NCBI GenBank assembly: GCA_965218585.1
Contig: CBDCLE010000005.1
Coordinates: 136,320 to 200,319, forward strand
DNA length: 64,000 nt
Origin: Terriglobia bacterium
Lineage (GTDB): Bacteria > Acidobacteriota > Terriglobia > 20CM-2-55-15
Direction of reading: 5' to 3'
Shown here: one piece after another, positions 28,294 to 38,006 of the stretch
Layout: each line of letters begins with the position of its first letter
How positions within the stretch are numbered: position 1 is the first letter of the stretch
Notes under the pieces: generated by a model
Seen by the model: only the letters and a program-made list of their open reading frames with translations
Database searches by the model: none
What the model was told of the DNA's origin: nothing
Translations under genes and position numbers: made by a program

Positions 28294-28961
28294 TTCCGCT
28301 CCCCAAACAGGGCAGTCCCCACCCTCACCATCGTGGCGCCCTCCTCGATGGCAATTTCGAAGTCGTGGCTCATCCCCATTGACAGCTCCGGCAAGGAAAA
28401 CCCCTGACCTGTTTGCCGCAACTCCCTAAAGTAGGGCCTTACGTCTTCAGGGTTCTCTAAGAAAGGCGGGATCGTCATCAATCCCCGCAAGTCCAACTTC
28501 TCCGACGCCTGGATGACATCGATCAATCGTGGGAGATCGGCCCGAGCGACGCCGGCCTTGGACGGCTCTTCTTCCAATTTGACTTGAATCAGAACCCTCA
28601 GCCGGCCGATCGTGAGTCGGTCAAGGCGTTGGGCGAGAGCGCTACTGTCCACCGACTGAATCCACGAAAACAACCCGAGTGCCTTCGCGGCCTTGTTTGC
28701 CTGGAGGTGGCCGATGAGATGACACTGAACTCTACCTCCATCGAGAGCTTCATCGAGTTGGGGGATCTTTTCATCTGCCTCCTGTACCCGATTCTCGCCG
28801 ATGTCGGTGAGTCCGTACCGAATGGCTTCCCGGATTCGTTCGACCTCCACCCGTTTGCTGACGCCGATGAGGCGAACCCCTGCCGGATCCCGTCCGACTC
28901 TCATGGCAGCTTTTTCGATGCGTTCCAGCAGAAGGCGGTAGTTCTCACCCACACTGCTCAT
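28290..28961 (-). CDS. yggS: PLP homeostasis protein YggS
   Basis: IGVSK, GENRVQEA, HLIGHLQANKA, GLMTIPP, LSMGMSHDF and VRVGTALFG motifs. Confidence 0.95.
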   Translation of the reverse strand: MSSVGENYRLLLERIEKAAMRVGRDPAGVRLIGVSKRVEVERIREAIRYGLTDIGENRVQEADEKIPQLDEALDGGRVQCHLIGHLQANKAAKALGLFSWIQSVDSSALAQRLDRLTIGRLRVLIQVKLEEEPSKAGVARADLPRLIDVIQASEKLDLRGLMTIPPFLENPEDVRPYFRELRQTGQGFSLPELSMGMSHDFEIAIEEGATMVRVGTALFGERK

Positions 28962-29812
28962 GCGTTTTTCTTTGCACGAGTCTTCTTCCTTGCACCCGAG
29001 GGTCTGGTTGCCACTGTCTTTTCCCGAACCCGGCGTCGAGGCTTCTTTGTTGCTTCGAGGCTCTGCTTTAGTACTTCCATTAAATCAACTGTCTGACCCG
29101 GCTTGCCTGGAGCAATGCTCGAACTGCCCACGTCTACGCCGTCGACCTTTTTCTGGATGATCTCCAGTAGCTTGCCGCGGTATTCGTCTTTGTAGGCTGT
29201 GGGATCGAAAGAGTCCTGCATGGTCTCTATCAACGTATTTGCCAGGGACATCTCCTTAGCAGATATCTTTGTTTCGTCCGGTATATTCAGCTCCCCTGGG
29301 TCAGCGACCTCGTGGGCGAAGCGCATGGTCTGCAGCGTCAGGAGCTTACCCGAAGGTTTGAGAAGGGCCAGGTGTTCGCGGGATTTGAGAACGACACGTG
29401 CGACTCCGACTCTGCCGCTCCGCTTCAATGCCTTACCAAGGAGAGCATACGCATGCTCTCCGCCTTTTTGAGGTTCGAGGTAGTACGGCTTTTCGTAGTA
29501 AACGGGATCGATTTCTTTCTCGCTCACAAATGCGATGATCTGAATCGTCCGAGATAACTCTACGTTCGCCTGCTTGAATTCCTCTTCGGTCACCTCGACG
29601 AAACGTCCCTTTTCGAATTCGTATCCGCGGGTGATTTCTTCCCACGGCACCTCCTGCCCTTCTGCGTCGCAGAACCTTTTGTAGGAGACTGGACTGAGGT
29701 CCTTCTTGTGCAGGTACTTGAACGAAACGTCATTGGACCTGGTCGCGCTAAAAACCGCGATGGGAATCGTCACAAGCGCGAAACTGATGTTCCCTTTCCA
29801 AATAGCTCTCAT
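28958..29812 (-). CDS. ku: Non-homologous end-joining protein Ku
   Basis: MRAIWKGNISFALVTIPI, RGYEFEKG, YYEKPYYLEP and DLMEVLKQSL motifs; basic C-terminal tail. Confidence 0.95.
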   Translation of the reverse strand: MRAIWKGNISFALVTIPIAVFSATRSNDVSFKYLHKKDLSPVSYKRFCDAEGQEVPWEEITRGYEFEKGRFVEVTEEEFKQANVELSRTIQIIAFVSEKEIDPVYYEKPYYLEPQKGGEHAYALLGKALKRSGRVGVARVVLKSREHLALLKPSGKLLTLQTMRFAHEVADPGELNIPDETKISAKEMSLANTLIETMQDSFDPTAYKDEYRGKLLEIIQKKVDGVDVGSSSIAPGKPGQTVDLMEVLKQSLEATKKPRRRVREKTVATRPSGARKKTRAKKNA

Positions 29813-30069
29813 ATTCGAATCCTTTACCTCAAAAGTTGTTGCCCCTGCGCGCGGGATAACCCAACATGCATGGACGCAAGTTAACTTTCTTACCATATTT
29901 GGTGCATAATTGCCTACTCATGCACCGGGTTCGTGGGGGTCAGTTCAAAGGGCTGATCGCTATCGGGACGTTTTCTAAAAGTCGACAAGGCCCTGTAGGT
30001 GCGCTCCATGAGCGCAATAATGGGCGGTCCAGACCGCTCCACAGGTGGATTCGACTTTCACCACCAGCG

Positions 30070-31287
30070 ATGACACAATCTTCCAAAGTGACCGACCGCC
30101 ACCGGTTGATCATCATTCATTACAGTGAGTTGGGTCTCAAGAAGGGGAACCGGGACTTCTTCGAAAAGCGTCTATGCCGAAACATCGACGAGATGCTTGA
30201 CGGTTGCAGAGTAGGCAAGGTCAGCAGGATTTCGGGCAGGCTACTCCTCGACCTGGCTCCGGATTCAGCCACCGATGAGGTGAAACGCCGACTCAGGCAG
30301 GTTTTTGGCATCGCTTACTTCGGGGAAGGTTGGATGGTGGACTGGGAGATCGAAACTCTCACCGGTTCGGTCTGGGACCTTGTTGAAGACCGCAGTTTTG
30401 ATTCCTTCAGAATCGATACCCGGAGGCCGGACAAGCGCTTCCCTCTGAACTCGATGGAGGTCAACCGCCGGATCGGCGGTTACGTTCAGCAGCGTTCGGG
30501 GGCACGCGTGGATCTCGACGATGCCGAGTTCGTCTGCCGGATCGAACTCGTCGAAGGCCGGGCTCTGATTTCGGCCGAACGGATCAAGGGGCCTAGTGGC
30601 CTCCCCGTCCACACCGGAGGAAAGGTCGCTGTCCTCTTGTCGGGGGGCATCGACTCTCCGGTTGCGGCGTGGAGGATGATTCGGCGAGGCTGCAGCGCAG
30701 TCTTCATCCACTTCCACAGTTTTCCTCACACAAACAAGGAATCTCAGGATAAGGCTCGGCAGGTGGCCACTATTCTGGCAAGCCACCAGCTCCGATCGCG
30801 CATCTATATGGTTCCCTTCGTGGACATTCAGAGAAGGATTATGGTGGAGACACCGGTCGAGACGCGGGTGATTCTATATCGGAGATATATGTTTCGCCTT
30901 GCCGAGAGCCTGGCCAGGCGGGAAAAGGCCCGTGTTCTTGTTACTGGAGACAGTCTCGGGCAGGTCGCCTCTCAGACCCTGGAGAACATCGACGTGATCA
31001 GCCGCGCGATTTCGATGCCCGTGCTGCGACCGCTGGTCGGCAACGACAAGGAAGAAATCATTGCGATCGCTCGCAGAATCGGAACCTATGAGGTCTCGAT
31101 TCTACCGGACCAGGACTGTTGTTCCCTTTTCGTTCCGAAGCATCCGGAGACAAGGGCAAACCTCCACAGGATCGAACAAATAGAGCAGGATCTGGACATT
31201 TCAGCCGAGACCGAGGCCGCACTTTCGTCCGCAGAGGTTCTGGTACAATACCCCGCCTATGAAGTCGGGGCTGTTCGTCAGCTTTGA
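30070..31287 (+). CDS. thiI: tRNA 4-thiouridine synthase ThiI (THUMP + PP-loop, no rhodanese domain)
   Basis: HYSELGLKKGNR, LLSGGIDSPVA, TGDSLGQVASQTLEN and DCCSLF motifs. Confidence 0.94.
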   Translation: MTQSSKVTDRHRLIIIHYSELGLKKGNRDFFEKRLCRNIDEMLDGCRVGKVSRISGRLLLDLAPDSATDEVKRRLRQVFGIAYFGEGWMVDWEIETLTGSVWDLVEDRSFDSFRIDTRRPDKRFPLNSMEVNRRIGGYVQQRSGARVDLDDAEFVCRIELVEGRALISAERIKGPSGLPVHTGGKVAVLLSGGIDSPVAAWRMIRRGCSAVFIHFHSFPHTNKESQDKARQVATILASHQLRSRIYMVPFVDIQRRIMVETPVETRVILYRRYMFRLAESLARREKARVLVTGDSLGQVASQTLENIDVISRAISMPVLRPLVGNDKEEIIAIARRIGTYEVSILPDQDCCSLFVPKHPETRANLHRIEQIEQDLDISAETEAALSSAEVLVQYPAYEVGAVRQL

Positions 31288-31891
31288 GGGAATCGAAGGA
31301 TGTGGCAAGACCACACAGATTTCAGAACTCTCTACTGCCCTTACTGAGCGAGGTGTCGCCCACACCGTCACCCGTGAGCCTGGGGGCACGGCTGTCGGGG
31401 ATGGGATCCGGCGCATACTTCTCAACTCCGAGACAATTCATCTGACACCTGCAGCCGAGCTTCTGCTCTTCTACGCATCGCGCAGCCAGAACATTGAAGA
31501 AAAGATCCGTCCTGCCCTCGAGCAGGGCAAAATGGTGATCTGTGATCGTTTTTTCGATGCTTCCCTGGCCTATCAGGGCTATGGCCGGGGGCTACCTCTG
31601 GAGTTGATCGACAGCCTGACCGACCTTGTTTGTGCTGAAAATCGTCCGGAACTGACGATCCTGCTCGATATCGAGCCCGAAACAGGCCTGGCACGTGCCA
31701 GAAAGAGAAACAGTGCCCAGACCGAAGACGAGGGTCGGTTCGAGGCGGAGGAACTGGATTTCTATCAGAGAGTTCGGAGCGGGTATCTCGAGTTGGCTGC
31801 CCGGGAGCCGGAACGGATCAAGGTGGTTGCTGCCAGCGGAACTGTCAGCGAAGTGCACTCTGAGATCCGCCGTGTTCTGGGGCTTGACTGA
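31259..31891 (+). CDS. tmk: Thymidylate kinase
   Basis: FEGIEGCGKTTQ, TREPGGT and CDRFFDASLAYQGYGRG motifs. Confidence 0.96.
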   Translation: MKSGLFVSFEGIEGCGKTTQISELSTALTERGVAHTVTREPGGTAVGDGIRRILLNSETIHLTPAAELLLFYASRSQNIEEKIRPALEQGKMVICDRFFDASLAYQGYGRGLPLELIDSLTDLVCAENRPELTILLDIEPETGLARARKRNSAQTEDEGRFEAEELDFYQRVRSGYLELAAREPERIKVVAASGTVSEVHSEIRRVLGLD

Positions 31892-31892
31892 C

Positions 31893-32900
31893 ATGAGCTT
31901 CGCTGATCCCTTTTTTGGAAACGCCGGCCCCATTTCTCAGCTGGATCGTAAGCTCGTCCAGGGCCGTCTGCCCCATGCCATGATCTTTACGGGTCCCGAA
32001 GGGGTTGGTAAACGAACGTGTGCGCTTCGAATGGCCCAGGCTCTCCAGTGTGAACAACCCGGGTCGGGACGGTGCGCGGCCTGCGGGCCGTGCCGGAAAA
32101 TCGAGAACGGATCGCATCCCGACGTCGCCACCCTGACTCTCGAACCGGATGCGAGTCAGATCAAGATCGAACAGGTTCGCAAGCTCAGGTCGACACTGGA
32201 CTTTGAACCGCTGGAAGGAGCCGCAAAAGTTTATGTGATAGATCCCGCTGAGCGCATGACGCCCAGTGCGGCCAATGCCCTGCTCAAGGCTCTTGAGGAA
32301 CCCCCGCCAGTTACCTATTTCTTCCTCATCACAGTAAATGTCATGGAATTGCTCGCGACGATCCGGTCGAGAAGTCAGACCTATAATTTTTCTCCCGTGT
32401 CCCTGGAAGAGATCCGGGAAGTTGGCATTACCGATGAGCTGGTTCTTCGGTGGTCTCAGGGAAGTGTTGGCCGAGCTCTGGATACAGACCCCGAGGAGTT
32501 GCAGTCGCAGCGTGAGGCCCTCCTCGGTTTTCTGGAAACTGCCATGACGGCCCGTGATGCCTCGCTCGTTGACCTGCTCGGGGCAAGCGCGGAACTTGCA
32601 CGCTCTAAGGAGGACTATCGGGATCGCATCCGGATCCTCGGCGTTCTGGTTTCCGATCTGCTTTTCCTGAAAGAGGGCATGAATCACAGGCTCGTCAATG
32701 TGGACATCCGGGAACGTCTGGACGCACTCGGGGAGACTGCATCTCTTGACCGCATTGTACAAGTGGGTGATTGTCTCAAGTTCATTGAGGTAAACCTGAA
32801 ACACTACGTCAACCGTCAGATGATGACCGATCGGCTTGCTCTCACGTTGAATCCGGCCACTGCCGAATTACTGCATGACAAACCCTGGGAGTGGGGATAA
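31893..32900 (+). CDS. holB: DNA polymerase III subunit delta'
   Basis: HAMIFTGPEGVGK, Cys zinc module, HPD, AANALLKALEEPP and TIRSR motifs; follows tmk. Confidence 0.93.
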   Translation: MSFADPFFGNAGPISQLDRKLVQGRLPHAMIFTGPEGVGKRTCALRMAQALQCEQPGSGRCAACGPCRKIENGSHPDVATLTLEPDASQIKIEQVRKLRSTLDFEPLEGAAKVYVIDPAERMTPSAANALLKALEEPPPVTYFFLITVNVMELLATIRSRSQTYNFSPVSLEEIREVGITDELVLRWSQGSVGRALDTDPEELQSQREALLGFLETAMTARDASLVDLLGASAELARSKEDYRDRIRILGVLVSDLLFLKEGMNHRLVNVDIRERLDALGETASLDRIVQVGDCLKFIEVNLKHYVNRQMMTDRLALTLNPATAELLHDKPWEWG

Positions 32901-33105
32901 AATGTCTCTCAAGGGTGAATGACATACCGCAGATGGTAGAAATCTGCTCCTAAAAAATATTTTGGGATTGACGTCCCGAGGTTAATGTATCCCCGGCCGC
33001 TGCCGTGGGTGGGTCTGACCTCTGAAAACTGACACGGGTACGGGAATGGTTGCTCCAGGCCTGTCTTCGCCCTCGACAGAACAAGAGAACCTAGAGAGGA
33101 ACGCG

Positions 33106-33408
33106 ATGTCCAATCGGAAATTAATTCGCCCCAGCCTGTCAGAACTGAAAGATCAGATGACAGTCCGGCAAGTCAGGAGAAAAGCGGTTCCAGGCGACCA
33201 GACGAATGCTGAAAACTTCTATTACGTTAAACAGATGCAGAATCGGACCCCGATGGTTCTGGTCTTGAAAGACGGTGAACAGATTCATGGCGTGATCGAG
33301 TGGTATGACAAGCATTCGCTGAAAGTGAATCGAGTATCGGAACCCAACCTCCTCATTCTCAAGCACAACATAAAGTACATGTATAAGGCCGAAGAGAACG
33401 GAGACTGA
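33106..33408 (+). CDS. hfq: Hfq-like Sm-fold RNA chaperone
   Basis: [18 protein letters not shown]...[10 protein letters not shown] resembles Sm1/Sm2; RBS GAGG before ATG 33106. Confidence 0.72.
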   Translation: MSNRKLIRPSLSELKDQMTVRQVRRKAVPGDQTNAENFYYVKQMQNRTPMVLVLKDGEQIHGVIEWYDKHSLKVNRVSEPNLLILKHNIKYMYKAEENGD

Positions 33409-33458
33409 AGGCGTCACTTGTTGGTTTCAGGGCCGAAGATGAACACCCGGTCCCACAG

Positions 33459-34421
33459 ATGAAAATCGGGATTACTGCCGGGGACCCTGCCGGCATCGGT
33501 CTGGAAATCATCCTGAAATCGATCCGGCCCTTCCTGTCACGGGCCGAGTGGGTGCTTTTCGGTGAAGAGGGGGACTTCGAAGCTAACCTCGAGCGCTTCG
33601 CTCCTGACCTGCCGTGGTCTCGGACAGAAAACTTCCAGAAAACTCAGACAGGACGCCTCTGGTTTTTTCCGACCGGGAGTGGCCAAGCCTCGCCCTGGGG
33701 AAAGGGTACGGATGAAACCGGGAGTCGGGCGCTCGCTGCGCTGGAGGCTGGGGGCCGCCGAGCTCGGTCGGGAGAACTCGCTGCCCTTGTGACGGCCCCT
33801 CTCAGCAAGGAGTTGATCGGCGACGGGTTCATAGGTCAGACCGAGTTTCTCCGAGATCAGTCAAACGCATCGCGCGTAGCGATGTCGTTCTTTACAGAAA
33901 GCTTCAAGGTGGTTCTGGCGACCACCCACCTTTCACTTATCGATGCGGTCCGGTCCCTTGCTGAAACAACCTACTGTGACCTCATCAGATTTATCGACAC
34001 CGAATTCCAGCGGTATCGATTCGATCGGCCACGGATCGCCGTGGCTGCAGTCAATCCGCACGCTGGCGAAGGCGGAATGTTCGGCAGTGAAGACGACGAA
34101 GTTCTGAAGCCGGCTGTAATGACATGTGCCAGTGAGGGAATCAACGTGTCCGGACCGCACTCCGCGGACAGTCTTTATCAGCGGGCGCGTGGAGGAGAGT
34201 TCGATGTCGTCCTGGCTCCCTATCACGATCAGGGTCTGATACCCGTGAAACTGATCGCTCCACGCTCGGCGGCCAATGTCACCCTGGGGCTCCCCTACGT
34301 GCGCACTTCACCCGACCACGGCACCGCATTCGCGATAGCAGGACAGGGCGGAGCGGAAACCGGAGGTATGGAGACGGCCTTCAGGTGGGCTCTTGAGCTT
34401 GCGAGGAGGCGGGCTGAATAG
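33459..34421 (+). CDS. pdxA: 4-hydroxythreonine-4-phosphate dehydrogenase PdxA
   Basis: ITAGDPAGIG, TAPLSK, NPHAGEGG, YHDQGLIP and RTSPDHGTAF motifs. Confidence 0.95.
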   Translation: MKIGITAGDPAGIGLEIILKSIRPFLSRAEWVLFGEEGDFEANLERFAPDLPWSRTENFQKTQTGRLWFFPTGSGQASPWGKGTDETGSRALAALEAGGRRARSGELAALVTAPLSKELIGDGFIGQTEFLRDQSNASRVAMSFFTESFKVVLATTHLSLIDAVRSLAETTYCDLIRFIDTEFQRYRFDRPRIAVAAVNPHAGEGGMFGSEDDEVLKPAVMTCASEGINVSGPHSADSLYQRARGGEFDVVLAPYHDQGLIPVKLIAPRSAANVTLGLPYVRTSPDHGTAFAIAGQGGAETGGMETAFRWALELARRRAE

Positions 34422-34453
34422 AGTGAGTTGTGACATTTTTCAGGCTGGTCGCT

Positions 34454-34558
34454 GAAGATTTCGCTCGGTCGTTCAGACGGCCATTCATGGCCGAACGACC
34501 GGCGACGCTCGCGATCATCCTGATCGCAAGCCTTTTTGGGGACACAGCGGAACGTTAC
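34454..34558 (-). repeat. ~105-bp structured intergenic repeat, copy B
   Basis: Reverse complement of 1856-1959 except the inner hairpin; homology to 13451-13514 extends to about 34590. Confidence 0.85.
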
Positions 34559-34704
34559 CGGAAGCTCCAGAAAGGCCCCGCACGGTCCCTCCGTGCGGGG
34601 GGCCAACGAGGCGGAAGCCGATGCGGCGGGAGTAATGAGATAACTCGATCGGGTAGTTCTTCACTTTAGTTTCTCAGCTTCACGAACGACCGGCGGAACA
34701 CTAC

Positions 34705-34784
34705 TAAAAGTGGGGACAGGTCACTCTTTTTGTCAGATGAAGACCAGCGTATGGCTCAAAAAGAGTGACCTGTCCCCACTTTTA
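34705..34784. repeat. REPIN-like hairpin, 28-bp perfect inverted repeat with 24-nt spacer (subfamily 1)
   Basis: TAAAAGTGGGGACAGGTCACTCTTTTTG pairs with CAAAAAGAGTGACCTGTCCCCACTTTTA; spacer nearly identical to that of 1778-1847. Confidence 0.9.
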
Positions 34785-34791
34785 AAGGGCC

Positions 34792-35229
34792 TTACGAACG
34801 ACAAGCCGAACACAGTCCATAGACCTGCAATTTGTGATCGAGGACTTTGAAGCCGAGGCGCGATGATGCCGAGTCCTGAATCTTTTCCAGTTCAGCGTTA
34901 AAGAATTCGATCGACGTGCCACACCCGGTGCAGACCAAATGGTCGTGGTGCTTGTGGTTGTAAAGGTGTTCGTAACGCGTCAGTCCATCCGCGAGGTCTA
35001 TCTCCCGCGCCAGCCCTGCTTCGATCAGCAACTTCATCGTTCGATACACGGTCGTATATCCGATCCGTGAATCTTCACTGCGGACTTCCCGGTAGATGTC
35101 TTCGACGCTTCGATGGCCTTCGCCAGCCAGAAAGGTTTCGAGGATGAGTTTGCGGTGCGTGGTTTGCTTGAGTCTCTTTGAGCCTAGGTATTCCTTAAAG
35201 ATCTGCAATTCGGGCGAGATCTTTTCCAT
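34792..35229 (-). CDS. fur: Fur family transcriptional regulator
   Basis: GYTTVYRTMKLL, HKHHDHLVCTGCG and GLCSAC motifs. Confidence 0.9.
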   Translation of the reverse strand: MEKISPELQIFKEYLGSKRLKQTTHRKLILETFLAGEGHRSVEDIYREVRSEDSRIGYTTVYRTMKLLIEAGLAREIDLADGLTRYEHLYNHKHHDHLVCTGCGTSIEFFNAELEKIQDSASSRLGFKVLDHKLQVYGLCSACRS

Positions 35230-35233
35230 AGGA

Positions 35234-36625
35234 TCAGGTGGGCGGCTGTGGGGGTATGAGCTTGACGACGTCGTTGTAGATGACGAAAACGATCAACGTC
35301 AGCAGGAAAACGAAACTGACCTGGACAATGCGTTCCTTCATCGCCAGGCTCAGATCGTGCCGCATGATGCCTTCGATAAGGAGCAGAAACATGACGCCGC
35401 CGTCGAGTATCGGTATCGGTAGGAGATTGATCACTCCCAGGTTGAGGCTGATCAGAGCCATAAATCGCACCAGAGGAGCGAGACCGGCTTGCAGGGCCTG
35501 ACCCGAATAGTTGACGATCCCTATGGGGCCGTCGAGGGATCGCATCGACGCCTCTCTACGTACAAGTCGTCCCAGTATCTCGAAGATGAGCATGGCATCG
35601 CCCGCGTTTGTCTGGACGGAGCGGGCTATGGAGTCGAGGAAGCCGAGCTTGATCGTGACCGTCGGTACGGGTGGGTACATGATCCCGATCATGCGCTGCC
35701 CGTCTGCGTTGGCTTCGGGTCGGATTTCGAGATCTATCCGCTGCGCCTCACAGGGGCTTGCTTCGCCTTGATCAAGCGATTGATCTACGGAGGCAGACAC
35801 CGTAGCGCATCGCATGACGGCGATGGGCAGTACTTCGGTTTCGCTGGTCTGAATGATTTCGTTGATCGAGCGGTTGGACGTCAACAGGTCGATGTTGTCG
35901 ACAGCGATGATCTCGTCGCCCGGCAGCAGACCTCCCCGTTCAGCCGGTGAGTCAGCGCTCGAATAACCCTCTACGACAATTCGGTTGCGCGGAAACATTC
36001 CCGCGTAACCTGTTTCGTTGCGAGGTTGACGTCGAGGTATGAGCGTTATGTCGACGCGCTCGCCATTGCGATCCAGCGTCGCCTCGATCGGTCTTTCAGG
36101 GCTCAGGATGACGTTGGTTTCCACTTCCTGCCAGGTGGGGTTCTCTTCCCCGTCGAATTCCAGAATCAGATCTCCGGGCCGGATACCCGCTGTTTCTGCC
36201 GGAGACCCTTCCTCGACGATGTCAACGCGCGCAGCGCCCTGCAGGAATTCAGGTACTGCTGTCCCATACATATACAGTCCGGCCAGGAGTGCTACGGCCA
36301 GGACACCGTTCATTGCCGGACCCGCAAAGGCAATCAGGAACCGTTGCCATTTGGGCTTGGACATGAACTCATCCGGATCCCCGGTCACTTCGTCATCGGG
36401 GTTTTCCCCGCTCATCTTGACGTAGCCGCCCAGCGGCAGCGCGCTCAGCCTGTAGTCGGTCCCACCGTATCGGAAACCGAATATACGTGGACCAAAGCCG
36501 ACTGAAAAGGTTTCCACCCTAACCTTGAAGAGTTTGGCGACAAAGAAGTGGCCGGCCTCGTGGATGACAATGATCACTCCGAGGACAATGAGGGCACCGA
36601 CAATACTGGTGAGAAGTGTCGTCAT
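35234..36625 (-). CDS. rseP: RIP metalloprotease RseP
   Basis: HEAGH, FSVGFG, PLGGYVKM, two PDZ domains and NLLPIPILDGG. Confidence 0.96.
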   Translation of the reverse strand: MTTLLTSIVGALIVLGVIIVIHEAGHFFVAKLFKVRVETFSVGFGPRIFGFRYGGTDYRLSALPLGGYVKMSGENPDDEVTGDPDEFMSKPKWQRFLIAFAGPAMNGVLAVALLAGLYMYGTAVPEFLQGAARVDIVEEGSPAETAGIRPGDLILEFDGEENPTWQEVETNVILSPERPIEATLDRNGERVDITLIPRRQPRNETGYAGMFPRNRIVVEGYSSADSPAERGGLLPGDEIIAVDNIDLLTSNRSINEIIQTSETEVLPIAVMRCATVSASVDQSLDQGEASPCEAQRIDLEIRPEANADGQRMIGIMYPPVPTVTIKLGFLDSIARSVQTNAGDAMLIFEILGRLVRREASMRSLDGPIGIVNYSGQALQAGLAPLVRFMALISLNLGVINLLPIPILDGGVMFLLLIEGIMRHDLSLAMKERIVQVSFVFLLTLIVFVIYNDVVKLIPPQPPT

Positions 36626-36827
36626 CTTTATGTGTCTCTAAGTTGCATCAGCCTACGACTGTCAGTCGAGGAGCACCCTCGTTCCGGCTCCAAGTCGGTC
36701 GAAGCGGATGCCGGGTTCTGTCCCGATGTCGAAGTCTCCTCTGCTCATGCAGGACCAAACATCCAGCCAACTCCGCGTAATTTTACCATGGAAGCACAGC
36801 ATCCAAGCTCATTGGACGGTGAATCCG

Positions 36828-38006
36828 CTATATGGTTTGCGATCGTTTTCGCTCCGTTACCGAGCGGGCGTATTCCCGGGCCCAACCGTCGGCAGCGAGG
36901 ACGCGTGCCACGCTATTTGCAGGTCCTGGATCGTGCGCATCAAGGACTGTCTCGATGACGCCCGTCAGATCACTGAACCGGATACGTCCCTCCAGAAAGG
37001 CCTCAACAGCAATCTCGTCTGCAGCGTTGAGAACGGCAGGTGCGGTGCCTCCAATTTCAATTGCCCGATAGGCCATGGAGACCGCGGGGAACTTTTTCCG
37101 GTCCGGCTCCTGAAATTCCAGCGCTGGAAGCGCTGCCCAGTCCAGCGACGGTACGGGCGAGAACTTCCGATCCGGATACGTCAGAGCGTACTGAATGGGT
37201 CCCCGCATGTCTGCCGGGCCCAACTGGGCCACAATGGAGCCATCCACAAACTCGACCATCGAATGGACGACCGACTGTGGATGGATCACGACTTCAACTG
37301 ACGAAGGTTCAACATCAAACAGCCAGCGGGCCTCGATGACTTCGAAGCCTTTGTTCATCAAAGTCGCAGAGTCTACCGTGATGCGCGGGCCCATCTTCCA
37401 TGTCGGGTGATCCAGGGCCTCTTCGGGAGTGACCTTTTCGAACTCGGAGGAGGGCCGGTGGAGGAAAGGTCCGCCGGATGCCGTCAGTATCAGGCGGCGC
37501 ACCTCCTTATTCCGTCCCGCCCGAAGACACTGATCGATGGCGTTGTGTTCGCTGTCGACGGGCAGGATGACACCGCCGCTCTTGTCCGCTGTTTCCCTGA
37601 GGAGCTCGCCGGCAATCACCATCGCTTCCTTGTTTGCGAGGGCCACTCTTTTTCCGGCCGCCAGTGCCGCGAAGGTGGGTTCGAGGCCCGCGGCCCCGAC
37701 CGCAGCGGAAACGACTATGTCGACGTCGCCGCTCTCTGCGAGCGAGCGGAGCCCCCCTGGCCCATCCAGTACCTTTGGAGGAGCAATCCCGACACGACCG
37801 CATTCTTTTTGGAACGGCTCCACCTGTGCAGAATCGGCGACGACAACAGTCCGCGGGTTGTAGCGAGCCGCCTGTTCGGCCAGAGCGGCCACGGACCGAT
37901 TGGCCGCCAGACCGACGACCTCGAAATCGTCGTCCAGATAGTCGACGACGCTCAGCGTGTTTCGGCCTACCGACCCAGTCGATCCGATTATTGCGATGCG
38001 TTTCAT
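36828..38006 (-). CDS. dxr: 1-deoxy-D-xylulose-5-phosphate reductoisomerase
   Basis: IIGSTGSVG, ALANKE, LPVDSEH, LTASGGPF and DSATLMNKGFEVIEA motifs. Confidence 0.97.
   Translation of the reverse strand: MKRIAIIGSTGSVGRNTLSVVDYLDDDFEVVGLAANRSVAALAEQAARYNPRTVVVADSAQVEPFQKECGRVGIAPPKVLDGPGGLRSLAESGDVDIVVSAAVGAAGLEPTFAALAAGKRVALANKEAMVIAGELLRETADKSGGVILPVDSEHNAIDQCLRAGRNKEVRRLILTASGGPFLHRPSSEFEKVTPEEALDHPTWKMGPRITVDSATLMNKGFEVIEARWLFDVEPSSVEVVIHPQSVVHSMVEFVDGSIVAQLGPADMRGPIQYALTYPDRKFSPVPSLDWAALPALEFQEPDRKKFPAVSMAYRAIEIGGTAPAVLNAADEIAVEAFLEGRIRFSDLTGVIETVLDAHDPGPANSVARVLAADGWAREYARSVTERKRSQTI

Noticed and set aside
34430-34669. Short ORFs sharing ERPATLAIILxASxFGDTAERY (also within 1634-2008 minus), a possible type I toxin peptide
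   Set aside because: The similarity comes from the DNA repeat itself; the start codon and frame are not conserved in copies A and C.
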